Assembly (NCBI GenBank): GCA_035536295.1
Contig: DATLOI010000127.1
Span: 26,493-90,492, forward strand
Direction: 5' to 3'
Source: Casimicrobiaceae bacterium
Lineage (GTDB): Bacteria; Pseudomonadota; Gammaproteobacteria; Burkholderiales; Casimicrobiaceae
Length of the DNA: 64,000 nucleotides
Shown: one piece after another, positions 49,777 to 58,194 of the stretch
Position numbering within the stretch: the stretch's first letter is position 1
Layout of the letters: each line of letters begins with the position of its first letter
The notes under the pieces: generated by a model
What the model was told of the DNA's origin: nothing
Databases searched by the model: none
Seen by the model: only the letters and a program-made list of their open reading frames with translations
Made by a program: the position numbers and the translations under genes

Positions 49777-50949
49777 CTAGAGCGCGCTTTCGAAGAGCCG
49801 CTCGAAATCCGCAGCCGTGCAGGGGCGCGGATTGGTCTGGTGACAAATGTCCTTCTCGGCGATTCTGACGAGCGCGGGCAAGTCGGCGCGTGTCACTGCA
49901 CGCGTACCGCGATAGTCGGATAAGCGTGCGGGAATGCCGAGCGAGCGCTTGAGCGCGGCGAGCCAGGCGATGAAGCTCTCCGCGCGCGCTTCTTCGCTGC
50001 CACTGCCGGCAACACCTGCCACGCGTCCGAGCTCGGCCATCTTGGTTGCAGCCGCGGAAAGATTGAAGCGCATCACGTGATCGATCATGATGCCGTTCGC
50101 AAGGCCATGGTGAAGATCGGCGACGGTGGAGAGCGCATGCGCGCATGAGTGCACGGCGCCGAGATCCTTTTGAAAAGCGATCGCGCCCATCATCGAGGCC
50201 ATCATCATGTCGGAGCGCGCAGCGATGTCATGACCATCGGCGACCGCACGCGGAAGCGCGCGCGCGGCGATGCGCGCGCCTTCGAGCGCGATACCGTCGC
50301 ACAACGGATGATAGGCAGGTGACAGATACGACTCCACGTTGTGCGTCAACGCATCCATGCCGGTCGCCGCCGTGATGGCGGGCGGTAGATCGAGTGTCAG
50401 TTCCGGATCGGCGAACACTGCGCGCGCGAGAATCTTCGGAGAGAACACGATGCGCTTGACGTGCGTTTCGTCGTCAGAGATCACACTTGACCGGCCGACT
50501 TCCGACCCGGTGCCCGCAGTGGTCGGCAGGGCGATAAAGTAGGGCGGATCGTCGGGAATCGCGCGTGCGTTCGGATGATCGTAGGCGTATTCGATTGCAT
50601 CTCCACCCGCGGTACCGAGAATGCCGACGATTTTGGCGACATCGACCGCGGCGCCTCCGCCAAGACCGACGACGCAATCGGCGCGATGCGCGCGATACGC
50701 TTCGCCACCTGCGTTGGCTTGCGAGGCCATCGGATTGCCGAACACACCTTCGAAGAGAGCAACGTCGAGACCGGCCGCTCTGAGCGATGCGACGAATTCT
50801 TGCGCGACGGGAAGCTTGGCGAGCGCGCGATCGCTGACGACGAGCGGACGCTGTTTCCCCAGCTCGCGAAGGTGCGGTCCGACTTCCTTCGAGGCGCCAG
50901 GACCGAAGTGAATCGTGGTCGGGAATGCGAAGCGATGAAGCGTCATCAT
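49777..50949 (-). CDS. Iron-containing (group III) alcohol dehydrogenase
   Basis: 390 aa. GGGAAVDVAK, metal-binding His-rich blocks (HNVESY, HSCAHAL). Confidence 0.9.
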   Translation of the reverse strand: MMTLHRFAFPTTIHFGPGASKEVGPHLRELGKQRPLVVSDRALAKLPVAQEFVASLRAAGLDVALFEGVFGNPMASQANAGGEAYRAHRADCVVGLGGGAAVDVAKIVGILGTAGGDAIEYAYDHPNARAIPDDPPYFIALPTTAGTGSEVGRSSVISDDETHVKRIVFSPKILARAVFADPELTLDLPPAITAATGMDALTHNVESYLSPAYHPLCDGIALEGARIAARALPRAVADGHDIAARSDMMMASMMGAIAFQKDLGAVHSCAHALSTVADLHHGLANGIMIDHVMRFNLSAAATKMAELGRVAGVAGSGSEEARAESFIAWLAALKRSLGIPARLSDYRGTRAVTRADLPALVRIAEKDICHQTNPRPCTAADFERLFESAL

Positions 50950-50959
50950 AAGGCTCGTT

Positions 50960-52507
50960 TCACTGAATGTCGACGAAGCGTAATTCGATTATGTCGTTCG
51001 GCCACTGCGCAACGGAAACGCTCGGCTTCATCACCCATGCTTGCGTGCGGCGGTATAGCGGTAACAGCGGAAGATCGTCGTGCATGATGCGTAGCGCGTC
51101 GCGAACCATTTGCCGGCGCTTGTCGATGTCAGGCTCGATCCGCAGGCCATCGATCAGTGCATCGAGCTTCGGGTTCGAATAGCGACCGCCGTTGAATGCG
51201 CCGAAACCGCCATCGCCGAAGCTTCGCACGATCGCGTTGAGCGTGGGCCAGGGGTCGGGAAGCGGCGTCCAGCCAAACTCGAAAAAGCTCGTGGTCGCTT
51301 GTGTGAGGCGCGGGAAGAACGTCGCCGTCGGAAACGGTTGGAACGTCACACGGATGCCGACCTGCGAGAGCATTCCAGCGATCGCCTGGCAGACGGCCGC
51401 ACGAAATGCGATGTTGACGCAGTCGAGCGTGATGGCGAAGCCGTCCGCATATCCCGCCTCCTTCAACAGCGCACGCGCCGTCGCGGGGTCGTAGCGAAGC
51501 CGCTTCTCGAGCTCGGGCGTGTAGCCATCGACGAGCTTCGATACGTGCGATCCGGTCGGCGTCGCTTGCCCGCGCAAGACTTTCGCAATGATCGTGTCGA
51601 CGTCGATGGCGTGACCGATCGCACGGCGCACGCGCAGATCCTTGAAGGGATTGCGTCCTTTGACGTCGGAATATTGAAGCTCGTCGCGCGCCTGATCGAA
51701 GCCCAGATACTGAGTGCCGATGTCGCTCGCCTCGGTTATCTTGAAACGCTTTTCGGCTTTGAGGCGCGGCACGTCCTGAAACGGCGGATCGATGACGAAG
51801 TCGACCTGCCCTGAAGCGAGCGCCGCGAGACGCGTGGCGTCGGATTGAATCGTTATGAACGTGACCTCGTCGAGGTTGCCGCGCTTGCCCCACCAGTTCG
51901 GATTCGCGACCAGAACGACGCGGTTGTCGGGTTCGTAGAGCTTGAGCTGATACGGGCCCGTCCCGTTGGCGTTACGAACCGCGTGGGTCTCCTGCTTCGC
52001 GTTGTAGTCCTGCGGAAGCTGCACGCCATGCTTGGTCGCCCAGTCGCGGCTCATCACGTGAATGAAGATCAGCTTCTCGGGCAGCACCGCGTCGGGTGCG
52101 GCAAGCAGAATGTCGACCGTCGTGTCGTCGACTTTGCGTGCGCCGGTGACGCCGCGCAATTGAAACGAGCGCTGCGAGGTCTTCGCGAGCGCGCGTTCGA
52201 GGGAGAACACCACGTCGTCGGCGCTCATCGCGCTGCCGTCGTGAAAGCGCACGTTCGGGCGCAGCTTGAAACGCCACGTTTTCGCGTCGACCGGCTGCCA
52301 CGACAACGCGAGCGATCCTTCGAGCTTGAAATCGCGCGAGCGATTGACCAGCGACTCGTAGATCTGGGTGTTGATGCGCGAGTGGTACAAAAGCGCGAGC
52401 GAATGCGGATCCATTGTTTGTGGATCGTTTCCGCTGGCGATACGAAGCGACGCTGCGCTCGCGTGCGACGCGAGCAACACCAACGTGAGCCACGCGAGGG
52501 CACGCAT
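50960..52507 (-). CDS. ABC-transporter family-5 substrate-binding protein (DppA/OppA-like), orphan
   Basis: ATG 52507 (ATGA overlap with the GS-like stop) gives the signal peptide MRALAWLTLVLLASHASAASL. SBP_bac_5-type sequence. No cognate permease or ATPase adjacent. Confidence 0.85.
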   Translation of the reverse strand: MRALAWLTLVLLASHASAASLRIASGNDPQTMDPHSLALLYHSRINTQIYESLVNRSRDFKLEGSLALSWQPVDAKTWRFKLRPNVRFHDGSAMSADDVVFSLERALAKTSQRSFQLRGVTGARKVDDTTVDILLAAPDAVLPEKLIFIHVMSRDWATKHGVQLPQDYNAKQETHAVRNANGTGPYQLKLYEPDNRVVLVANPNWWGKRGNLDEVTFITIQSDATRLAALASGQVDFVIDPPFQDVPRLKAEKRFKITEASDIGTQYLGFDQARDELQYSDVKGRNPFKDLRVRRAIGHAIDVDTIIAKVLRGQATPTGSHVSKLVDGYTPELEKRLRYDPATARALLKEAGYADGFAITLDCVNIAFRAAVCQAIAGMLSQVGIRVTFQPFPTATFFPRLTQATTSFFEFGWTPLPDPWPTLNAIVRSFGDGGFGAFNGGRYSNPKLDALIDGLRIEPDIDKRRQMVRDALRIMHDDLPLLPLYRRTQAWVMKPSVSVAQWPNDIIELRFVDIQ

Positions 52508-53883
52508 CAGATGATCTCGAAGTAGCGTTTCAATTCCCAATCGGTCACTGCATCCTGCCACTGCCGCCATTCCCATTCGCGTGTTGCCGCAAAGTGATCG
52601 ACGAAATCGTCGCCGAACCATGCGCGTGCCCTTTTCGACGCATGAAAGATGCGCGTCGTTTCGATCAATGTGCGCGGCGCGCGCGGAATATCCTCGCCGC
52701 CGACGTTTGTCCCATGAATCGGAGCGGCTTGCAATTTGAGCTTGCGCTCGATGCCATCCAGACCCGCCGCCAGACACGCCGCCAGCGCGAGATAGGCGTT
52801 GACGTCGGCACCGGGGCAGCGCGTTTCGAGCCGCGTGGATTTCGCCGAGCCCGGAATCACGCGGAAGCTCGCAGTGCGATTGTCGATTCCCCAGGTCGGC
52901 TTGACCGGCGCCCAGAAGCCGTCGACCAGCCGCTTGTAACTATTGACCGTCGGCCAGAACATCGGCGCGAGCTCGAGCAGTCCGGCCATTTGTCCTGCGA
53001 GAAAGCTTTCGAAGAGCTTGCTCATGCCGGCGCGGCCCTTGGCATCGTAGAACAGGTTCTTCTTGCCGTCGGACAGGCTTTGGTGCACATGGCCCGAGCA
53101 ACCCGGATACTGCTGGCTCCATTTCGCCATGAAGCTTGGCATGATGCCGAAGCGCGCGCCGATCTCTTTGGCGCTCGTCTTGAAAAGCACGGCGCGATCG
53201 GCCGCTTCCATCGCTTCGCTGTAGATGATCGCCACTTCGTATACGCCCGGCCCCGTTTCGGTGTGCAAGCCTTCGATCGGAATGCCAAATGCTCCACATT
53301 CGCCGAACAGTGCTTTGACATACTCGCGCGCATGATTGGCGCGCAGCAGCGAATAGCCGAACATTCCCGGTGTGATCGGCTCGGGCCCGATGCCTTTCTT
53401 CTCCGCCCACGACTGCGGCGTTTCGGCGAAATTGAAGAACTCGAATTCGAGCGAGCACATCGGCATGACACCGAGCTTCTCGGCACGCGCGAGCACGCGG
53501 CGCAATACCTGTCGCGGATCGATCGGCAGCGCCTCTTCGCGGCCTTTCGCATCGGTGCGGATGAAGCTACCGAGAAAGAAATCGACGCCGTCGTCCCACG
53601 GCACGTTGCGGTGCGTGGACAAGTCGAGCCGCGCCACCACATCCGGATAGCCTTTGTGCCAACCGGTCAGCGTCGTGTTGTCATAGCATTGGTCGTGGCT
53701 GTCCCAGCCGTACACGACGTCGCAAAAGCCGAAGCCGCCCTCGAGCGCGGATGCAAACTTGTCCTTGTGGATGTATTTTCCGCGAAGGATTCCGTCGATG
53801 TCGACGACCGCGACCTTCACCCGCTGCCCCGGAGAGGCGCGGACGGCGGCGAGAACGTCTTTCGGCGAAGGAGACGAGGCCAT
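52507..53883 (-). CDS. Glutamine synthetase-family gamma-glutamyl:amine ligase (PuuA/GlnA4/IpuC-like)
   Basis: 458 aa. GS beta-grasp and catalytic domains (SLEFEFFNF, GLHTETGPGVYE, MAKWSQQYPGCSGHVHQSL, NRTASFRV). Confidence 0.9.
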   Translation of the reverse strand: MASSPSPKDVLAAVRASPGQRVKVAVVDIDGILRGKYIHKDKFASALEGGFGFCDVVYGWDSHDQCYDNTTLTGWHKGYPDVVARLDLSTHRNVPWDDGVDFFLGSFIRTDAKGREEALPIDPRQVLRRVLARAEKLGVMPMCSLEFEFFNFAETPQSWAEKKGIGPEPITPGMFGYSLLRANHAREYVKALFGECGAFGIPIEGLHTETGPGVYEVAIIYSEAMEAADRAVLFKTSAKEIGARFGIMPSFMAKWSQQYPGCSGHVHQSLSDGKKNLFYDAKGRAGMSKLFESFLAGQMAGLLELAPMFWPTVNSYKRLVDGFWAPVKPTWGIDNRTASFRVIPGSAKSTRLETRCPGADVNAYLALAACLAAGLDGIERKLKLQAAPIHGTNVGGEDIPRAPRTLIETTRIFHASKRARAWFGDDFVDHFAATREWEWRQWQDAVTDWELKRYFEII

Positions 53884-53953
53884 CGAAACTCCGGTTTCTG
53901 AGCGGTTATCCGCCCGGCGATTCTAGCGCTTGCCTACGTTTGGGACTCGAAGG

Positions 53954-54805
53954 ATGCAGCCAACCTGGCTCGCGCTCGCCGCCCTGCATGTCAGCGTGGC
54001 GCTGTTCGGCTTCGCCGGATTGTTCGGCAAATGGCTGGCGATGGGAGCGTTGGCCATCGTGCTCGGCCGAACGCTGGTTGCCGCGGTATCGTTGCTGGCG
54101 GTGGTTGCAATGCGACGCACGCACGCGTCACCCGATCTCGGCCTCGCGTTGAATGGCATCGTGCTGGCCATTCATTGGACGACGTTCTTCGCGGCGATTC
54201 AGCGAACGAGCGTTGCGATCGGATTGCTGGGGTACGCGACGTTTCCTCTGTTCGTGCTCCTGCTCGAGCGCCTCATGCTCGATCGCCGCTGGACGCGTCG
54301 CGAAGTGTCGACGGCGACGCTGGTGACCCTTGGTCTGGGCGTGCTCGTTCCTTCGTTCGACATCGGCGATGCGACTTTGCAAGGGCTCGCGCTTGGCGTC
54401 GTGTCGGGATTCACTTTTGCGCTGCTGGCGGTGCGCAGCCGGCGTTATGCGGCAACGCATGCGCCAGCACTGGTCGCGCTCTATCAGAATGCGTTCGCGG
54501 CATGCGCGCTGTTTCCGCTCGTGCTCGTGGCAGATGTGATGCAAGTGCCGTCGCGTGACGACATCGCATTGATCATCGTGCTTGGCGTTGTTTGCACCGC
54601 GCTTGCCCATACGCTGTTCATCGCAAGCCTTACACGCCTGTCCGCACACACGGCGAGCGTCGTCGCAGCGCTGGAACCGGTATACGGAATCGTGCTGGCG
54701 GCGTTCCTTCTCGGCGAACAGCCAACGTTGCGTACGCTGATCGGCGCGGCGCTGATCGTCGGAGCCGCGCTCGTTGCCACGCGCAGCGCGCGCGTCGCGG
54801 TTTGA
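53954..54805 (+). CDS. EamA/DMT-family transporter
   Basis: About 10 hydrophobic segments. Start at ATG 53954 preferred over TTG 53930 (uncertain). Confidence 0.75.
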   Translation: MQPTWLALAALHVSVALFGFAGLFGKWLAMGALAIVLGRTLVAAVSLLAVVAMRRTHASPDLGLALNGIVLAIHWTTFFAAIQRTSVAIGLLGYATFPLFVLLLERLMLDRRWTRREVSTATLVTLGLGVLVPSFDIGDATLQGLALGVVSGFTFALLAVRSRRYAATHAPALVALYQNAFAACALFPLVLVADVMQVPSRDDIALIIVLGVVCTALAHTLFIASLTRLSAHTASVVAALEPVYGIVLAAFLLGEQPTLRTLIGAALIVGAALVATRSARVAV

Positions 54806-54819
54806 TACGATCCTCCGCA

Positions 54820-55740
54820 ATGGATATCGGAATCGTCGGTCTCGGCCGCATGGGCGGCAACATGGCGCGGCGCCTTGCGCGCGCTGGCGTTCGCGTCGTT
54901 GGCTATGATCGCGACGACAAAATGCGCGAGGCTTTGGCCGTCGAAGGCGTGATCGAGCCGGCTTCCTCGGCGATCGCAGTCGTTCACGCGCTCTCGGCGC
55001 TACGTGTCGTATGGCTCATGGTCCCGTCGGGCTCGACGACCGAGCTCGCGATCGAGGAAGTCTGGCCCGAGATGCAGCGGGGCGATGTATTGGTCGACGG
55101 CGGCAACGCGAATTACAAGGATTCGCAGCGGCGCGGCGCCGCGCTTGCCACCGCCGGGGTGCAGTTCGTCGATTGCGGTGTTTCGGGCGGCGTTTGGGGA
55201 CTCGAACACGGCTATGCGTTGATGTTCGGCGGCAGCAGCGACGCCGCGCGCGCGATGGCGCCATTTGCGCGCATTCTTGCGCCGGCGCCCGATCGGGGCT
55301 GGCTGCACTGCGGTCCGTGTGGTTCAGGACACTTCTGCAAAATGATTCACAACGGCATCGAATACGGAATGATGCAGGCGATGGCTGAAGGCTTTGCATT
55401 GCTCGAAGGCAAGCGCGAGTTCGATCTCGATCTTGGCGCGATTGCAGAATCATGGCGGCATGGCAGCGTCGTTCGGTCGTGGCTTCTCGATCTCACTGCG
55501 GAGTTTCTCGCGCGCGATGCGAAGCTCGACGATGTCGCAGCGCACGTTGCGGATTCGGGCGAAGGTCGCTGGACCGTCAACGAAGCGATCGAGCAGGGGA
55601 CGCCGGCCCCGGTGCTTGCGCTCGCACTGATGAGCCGCTTCGATTCACAAGGCAAGGCAGACTTTGCGCACAAGATGCTGGCGATGATGCGCAAAGGCTT
55701 TGGTGGTCACGCGGTAAAGCCGCAGGGAGGCGATGGGTGA
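54820..55740 (+). CDS. gnd: 6-phosphogluconate dehydrogenase, decarboxylating (short form)
   Basis: MDIGIVGLGRMGGNMARRL..., GHFCKMIHNGIEYGMMQA block. Followed by gluconokinase. Confidence 0.85.
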   Translation: MDIGIVGLGRMGGNMARRLARAGVRVVGYDRDDKMREALAVEGVIEPASSAIAVVHALSALRVVWLMVPSGSTTELAIEEVWPEMQRGDVLVDGGNANYKDSQRRGAALATAGVQFVDCGVSGGVWGLEHGYALMFGGSSDAARAMAPFARILAPAPDRGWLHCGPCGSGHFCKMIHNGIEYGMMQAMAEGFALLEGKREFDLDLGAIAESWRHGSVVRSWLLDLTAEFLARDAKLDDVAAHVADSGEGRWTVNEAIEQGTPAPVLALALMSRFDSQGKADFAHKMLAMMRKGFGGHAVKPQGGDG

Positions 55741-56231
55741 TCATCGTCGTCATGGGAGTAGCGGGGTGCGGCAAGACGACGGTGGGCGACGCGCTCGCGC
55801 AAAGCGTTGGCTGGCGCTTCATGGACGCCGATGATTTTCATCCACCGGCGAACGTTGCGAAAATGGCGGCCGGTACGCCGCTCGAGGACGACGATCGCTG
55901 GCCGTGGCTCGATCGCATCGTGCAGGAGTTGCAAGCGATGCGTGGCGAAAGCGCGGTTTTGGCATGCTCGGCACTGAAGCAATCGTATCGCGATCGTCTG
56001 CAGCGAGCGGGCGACGTGCGCTTCGTGCATTTGCACGGCGACTACGACATGATCGCTGCAAGGCTTGCGCAACGCATGCATCGCTATATGCCTCCGGCGC
56101 TGCTGGCGAGCCAGTTCGCAACGCTCGAGGTCCCCGGCGACGCGCTGAACATCGACGTCGCGCAGACCGTCGCATCGCAAGTCGCTTCGATCGGCGCCGC
56201 TTATGGATTGACGAGCGCGATGACATCGTGA
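55737..56231 (+). CDS. gntK: Gluconokinase
   Basis: GTGA overlap with the gnd stop. P-loop GVAGCGKTTVG, DADDFHP, DDDRWPWL. Confidence 0.85.
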   Translation: MIIVVMGVAGCGKTTVGDALAQSVGWRFMDADDFHPPANVAKMAAGTPLEDDDRWPWLDRIVQELQAMRGESAVLACSALKQSYRDRLQRAGDVRFVHLHGDYDMIAARLAQRMHRYMPPALLASQFATLEVPGDALNIDVAQTVASQVASIGAAYGLTSAMTS

Positions 56232-57421
56232 GCGCGCGCGATCCTGGCGACAAGCTGCACCCCGACACGCTCGCCGTTCATCTCGGCCGCGATCCCTCGC
56301 AATATCTCGGCGCGGTCAACACGCCGGTCTTTCGCGCGTCGACGATTCTGTTTAAGACGATGGACGAGCTCGAGGCGGCGATGCGCGGCGAGTATCCCCA
56401 TCCCGTCTATGGGTTGCACGGAATGCCGACCGTCACCGATTTGCAACGGACGATTGCGGCACTCGAAGGCGGTTACGCAGCGCTGGCCGTGCCATCGGGA
56501 TTGACGGCGACCACGCTGCCGTTACTCGCCCTCGCGAAGTCGGGCGATCATATCCTCGTCACCGATGCGGTGTACGGACCGACGCGGCGCTTTTGCGAAT
56601 TGCATTTAAGGCGTCTCGGCATCGAGGTCAGCTATTACGATCCGCTGCTCGGCGAGAACATCGCGCGGGAGCTTCGCCCGAACACGCGCATCGTGTTCAC
56701 CGAATCGCCCGGATCGCTCACCTTCGAAGTGCAGGATGTTCCGGCGATCGCGCGAGTCGTGCATGCGCACGATGCGCTCGTGGTACTCGACAACACTTGG
56801 GCGACACCGCTGGGCTTTCGCGCGTTCGATCATGGCGTCGACGTATCGGTGCATGCGGCAACGAAATACATAGGTGGTCATTCCGACGTTCTTCTCGGCT
56901 TGATCGTCGCAACCGAACAGACGCACGCACCGTTGCACCGATTGTGGACTGACATCGGCGTGACCGCTTCGCCCGATGATTGCTTTCTTGCATTACGCGG
57001 CTTGCGGACGTTACCGACGCGACTTGCGCGCCATCAGGCGAGCGCGTTGCGAATTGCGCAGTGGTTGCAAGGGCGGCCCGAAGTGGCGGAAGTGCTGTAT
57101 CCCGCTTTGCGAGGCGCGCGTGGACATGAACTGTGGCAGCGCGATTTCGCGTGCGCGAGTGGACTATTCGGCGTCATCCTGAACACGTGTCCGCGTGACC
57201 GTCTTGCGGCCATGCTGGACGGCATGCGCTTGTTCAAGATGGGATTCAGCTGGGGCGGCTTCGAAAGCCTGATCATTCCGACCTGGCCGGAGCGCGCGCG
57301 CACCGCCACGCAATGGAATTCACCGGGTCCGTGCCTGCGCCTTCACATCGGTCTCGAAGATCCCGCCGACCTGATCGCGGATCTCGACCAAGGCTTCGCA
57401 AGACTTCGAAGCACTCGTTGA
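56228..57421 (+). CDS. metC: Cystathionine beta-lyase (Cys/Met-metabolism PLP family)
   Basis: GTGA overlap with the gntK stop. PVFRASTILF, AATKYIGGHSD (PLP lysine), SWGGFESL. Confidence 0.8.
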   Translation: MSARDPGDKLHPDTLAVHLGRDPSQYLGAVNTPVFRASTILFKTMDELEAAMRGEYPHPVYGLHGMPTVTDLQRTIAALEGGYAALAVPSGLTATTLPLLALAKSGDHILVTDAVYGPTRRFCELHLRRLGIEVSYYDPLLGENIARELRPNTRIVFTESPGSLTFEVQDVPAIARVVHAHDALVVLDNTWATPLGFRAFDHGVDVSVHAATKYIGGHSDVLLGLIVATEQTHAPLHRLWTDIGVTASPDDCFLALRGLRTLPTRLARHQASALRIAQWLQGRPEVAEVLYPALRGARGHELWQRDFACASGLFGVILNTCPRDRLAAMLDGMRLFKMGFSWGGFESLIIPTWPERARTATQWNSPGPCLRLHIGLEDPADLIADLDQGFARLRSTR

Positions 57422-57441
57422 ACTGCCGCGCCCGCGAACTT

Positions 57442-58194
57442 CTACCTCGCCGGTTCGCCTAGATACACCGCCTGCACTCGCGGATCGCCGCGAATCTCAT
57501 CGGGCGAGCCTTCGGCGATGATGCTGCCGCGATCGAGCACGATGACGCGATCGGCGAATCCGAACACGACGTCCATGTCGTGCTCGGTGAAAAGCACGGC
57601 GACGCGATTGCCGCGCGCAAGGTCGGCCGCAAGCGCCATCAACGCGCTTCGCTCGGGCGCTGCCATGCCCGCGGTCGGCTCGTCCATCAACAAGAGCTTT
57701 GGATTGCCGGCAAGCGCCAACGCGAGCTCGACACGCTTGATATCGCCATAGGGAAGCGTTGCGCAGTGGCGCTCGGCAAGGGTGTCGATGCCGGTGCGCA
57801 CAAGCAGAGAGTCGACGAGCGTCCGTTGCGTGTCGGAGACGCGTCCCAGGAGCGCCGCTCCGCGGCCGGAATGCGAGAGCAATGCAACCTCGATGTTCTC
57901 GCGCACCGTCATCGAGGCAAACGTCGCAGCCACCTGAAATGTGCGACCGACGCCGGCGAGCGCAACGTCGCGTGGCGAGCGACCGGTGATCGAAACGCCG
58001 GCAAGCGACACCCATCCTCGATCCGGCACCAATTGGCCGTTGATGCAGTTGAAGCAAGTCGTTTTGCCTGCACCATTGGGCCCGATGAGCGCGACAAGCT
58101 CACCTGCCGCTACGCCGAACGAGACATCGCGAACCGCTTCGATACCGCCGAACGATCTACTCAAGTGCTCGACGAAAAGAACCGGCGCGCTCAC
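57442..58194 (-). CDS. ABC transporter ATP-binding protein (LivG-like)
   Basis: GTG 58194 (GTGA overlap with the permease stop). Walker A GPNGAGKTT, signature-like LPYGDIKR, Walker B LLLMDEP. Confidence 0.85.
   Translation of the reverse strand: MSAPVLFVEHLSRSFGGIEAVRDVSFGVAAGELVALIGPNGAGKTTCFNCINGQLVPDRGWVSLAGVSITGRSPRDVALAGVGRTFQVAATFASMTVRENIEVALLSHSGRGAALLGRVSDTQRTLVDSLLVRTGIDTLAERHCATLPYGDIKRVELALALAGNPKLLLMDEPTAGMAAPERSALMALAADLARGNRVAVLFTEHDMDVVFGFADRVIVLDRGSIIAEGSPDEIRGDPRVQAVYLGEPAR

Noticed and set aside
48986-50146. Long N-terminal extensions of the C26 hydrolase (to 50146), the family-5 binding protein (to 52777), recO (from 4175), the uraD-allC fusion (from 42190) and the M20 gene (from 43836)
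   Set aside because: The extensions overlap upstream genes, are Arg-rich, and precede start codons that give family-typical N-termini, often with ATGA/GTGA coupling.
52594-53901. 435-aa ORF antisense to the glutamine-synthetase-family gene
   Set aside because: It lies opposite a gene with clear GS motifs and has no domain signal of its own.
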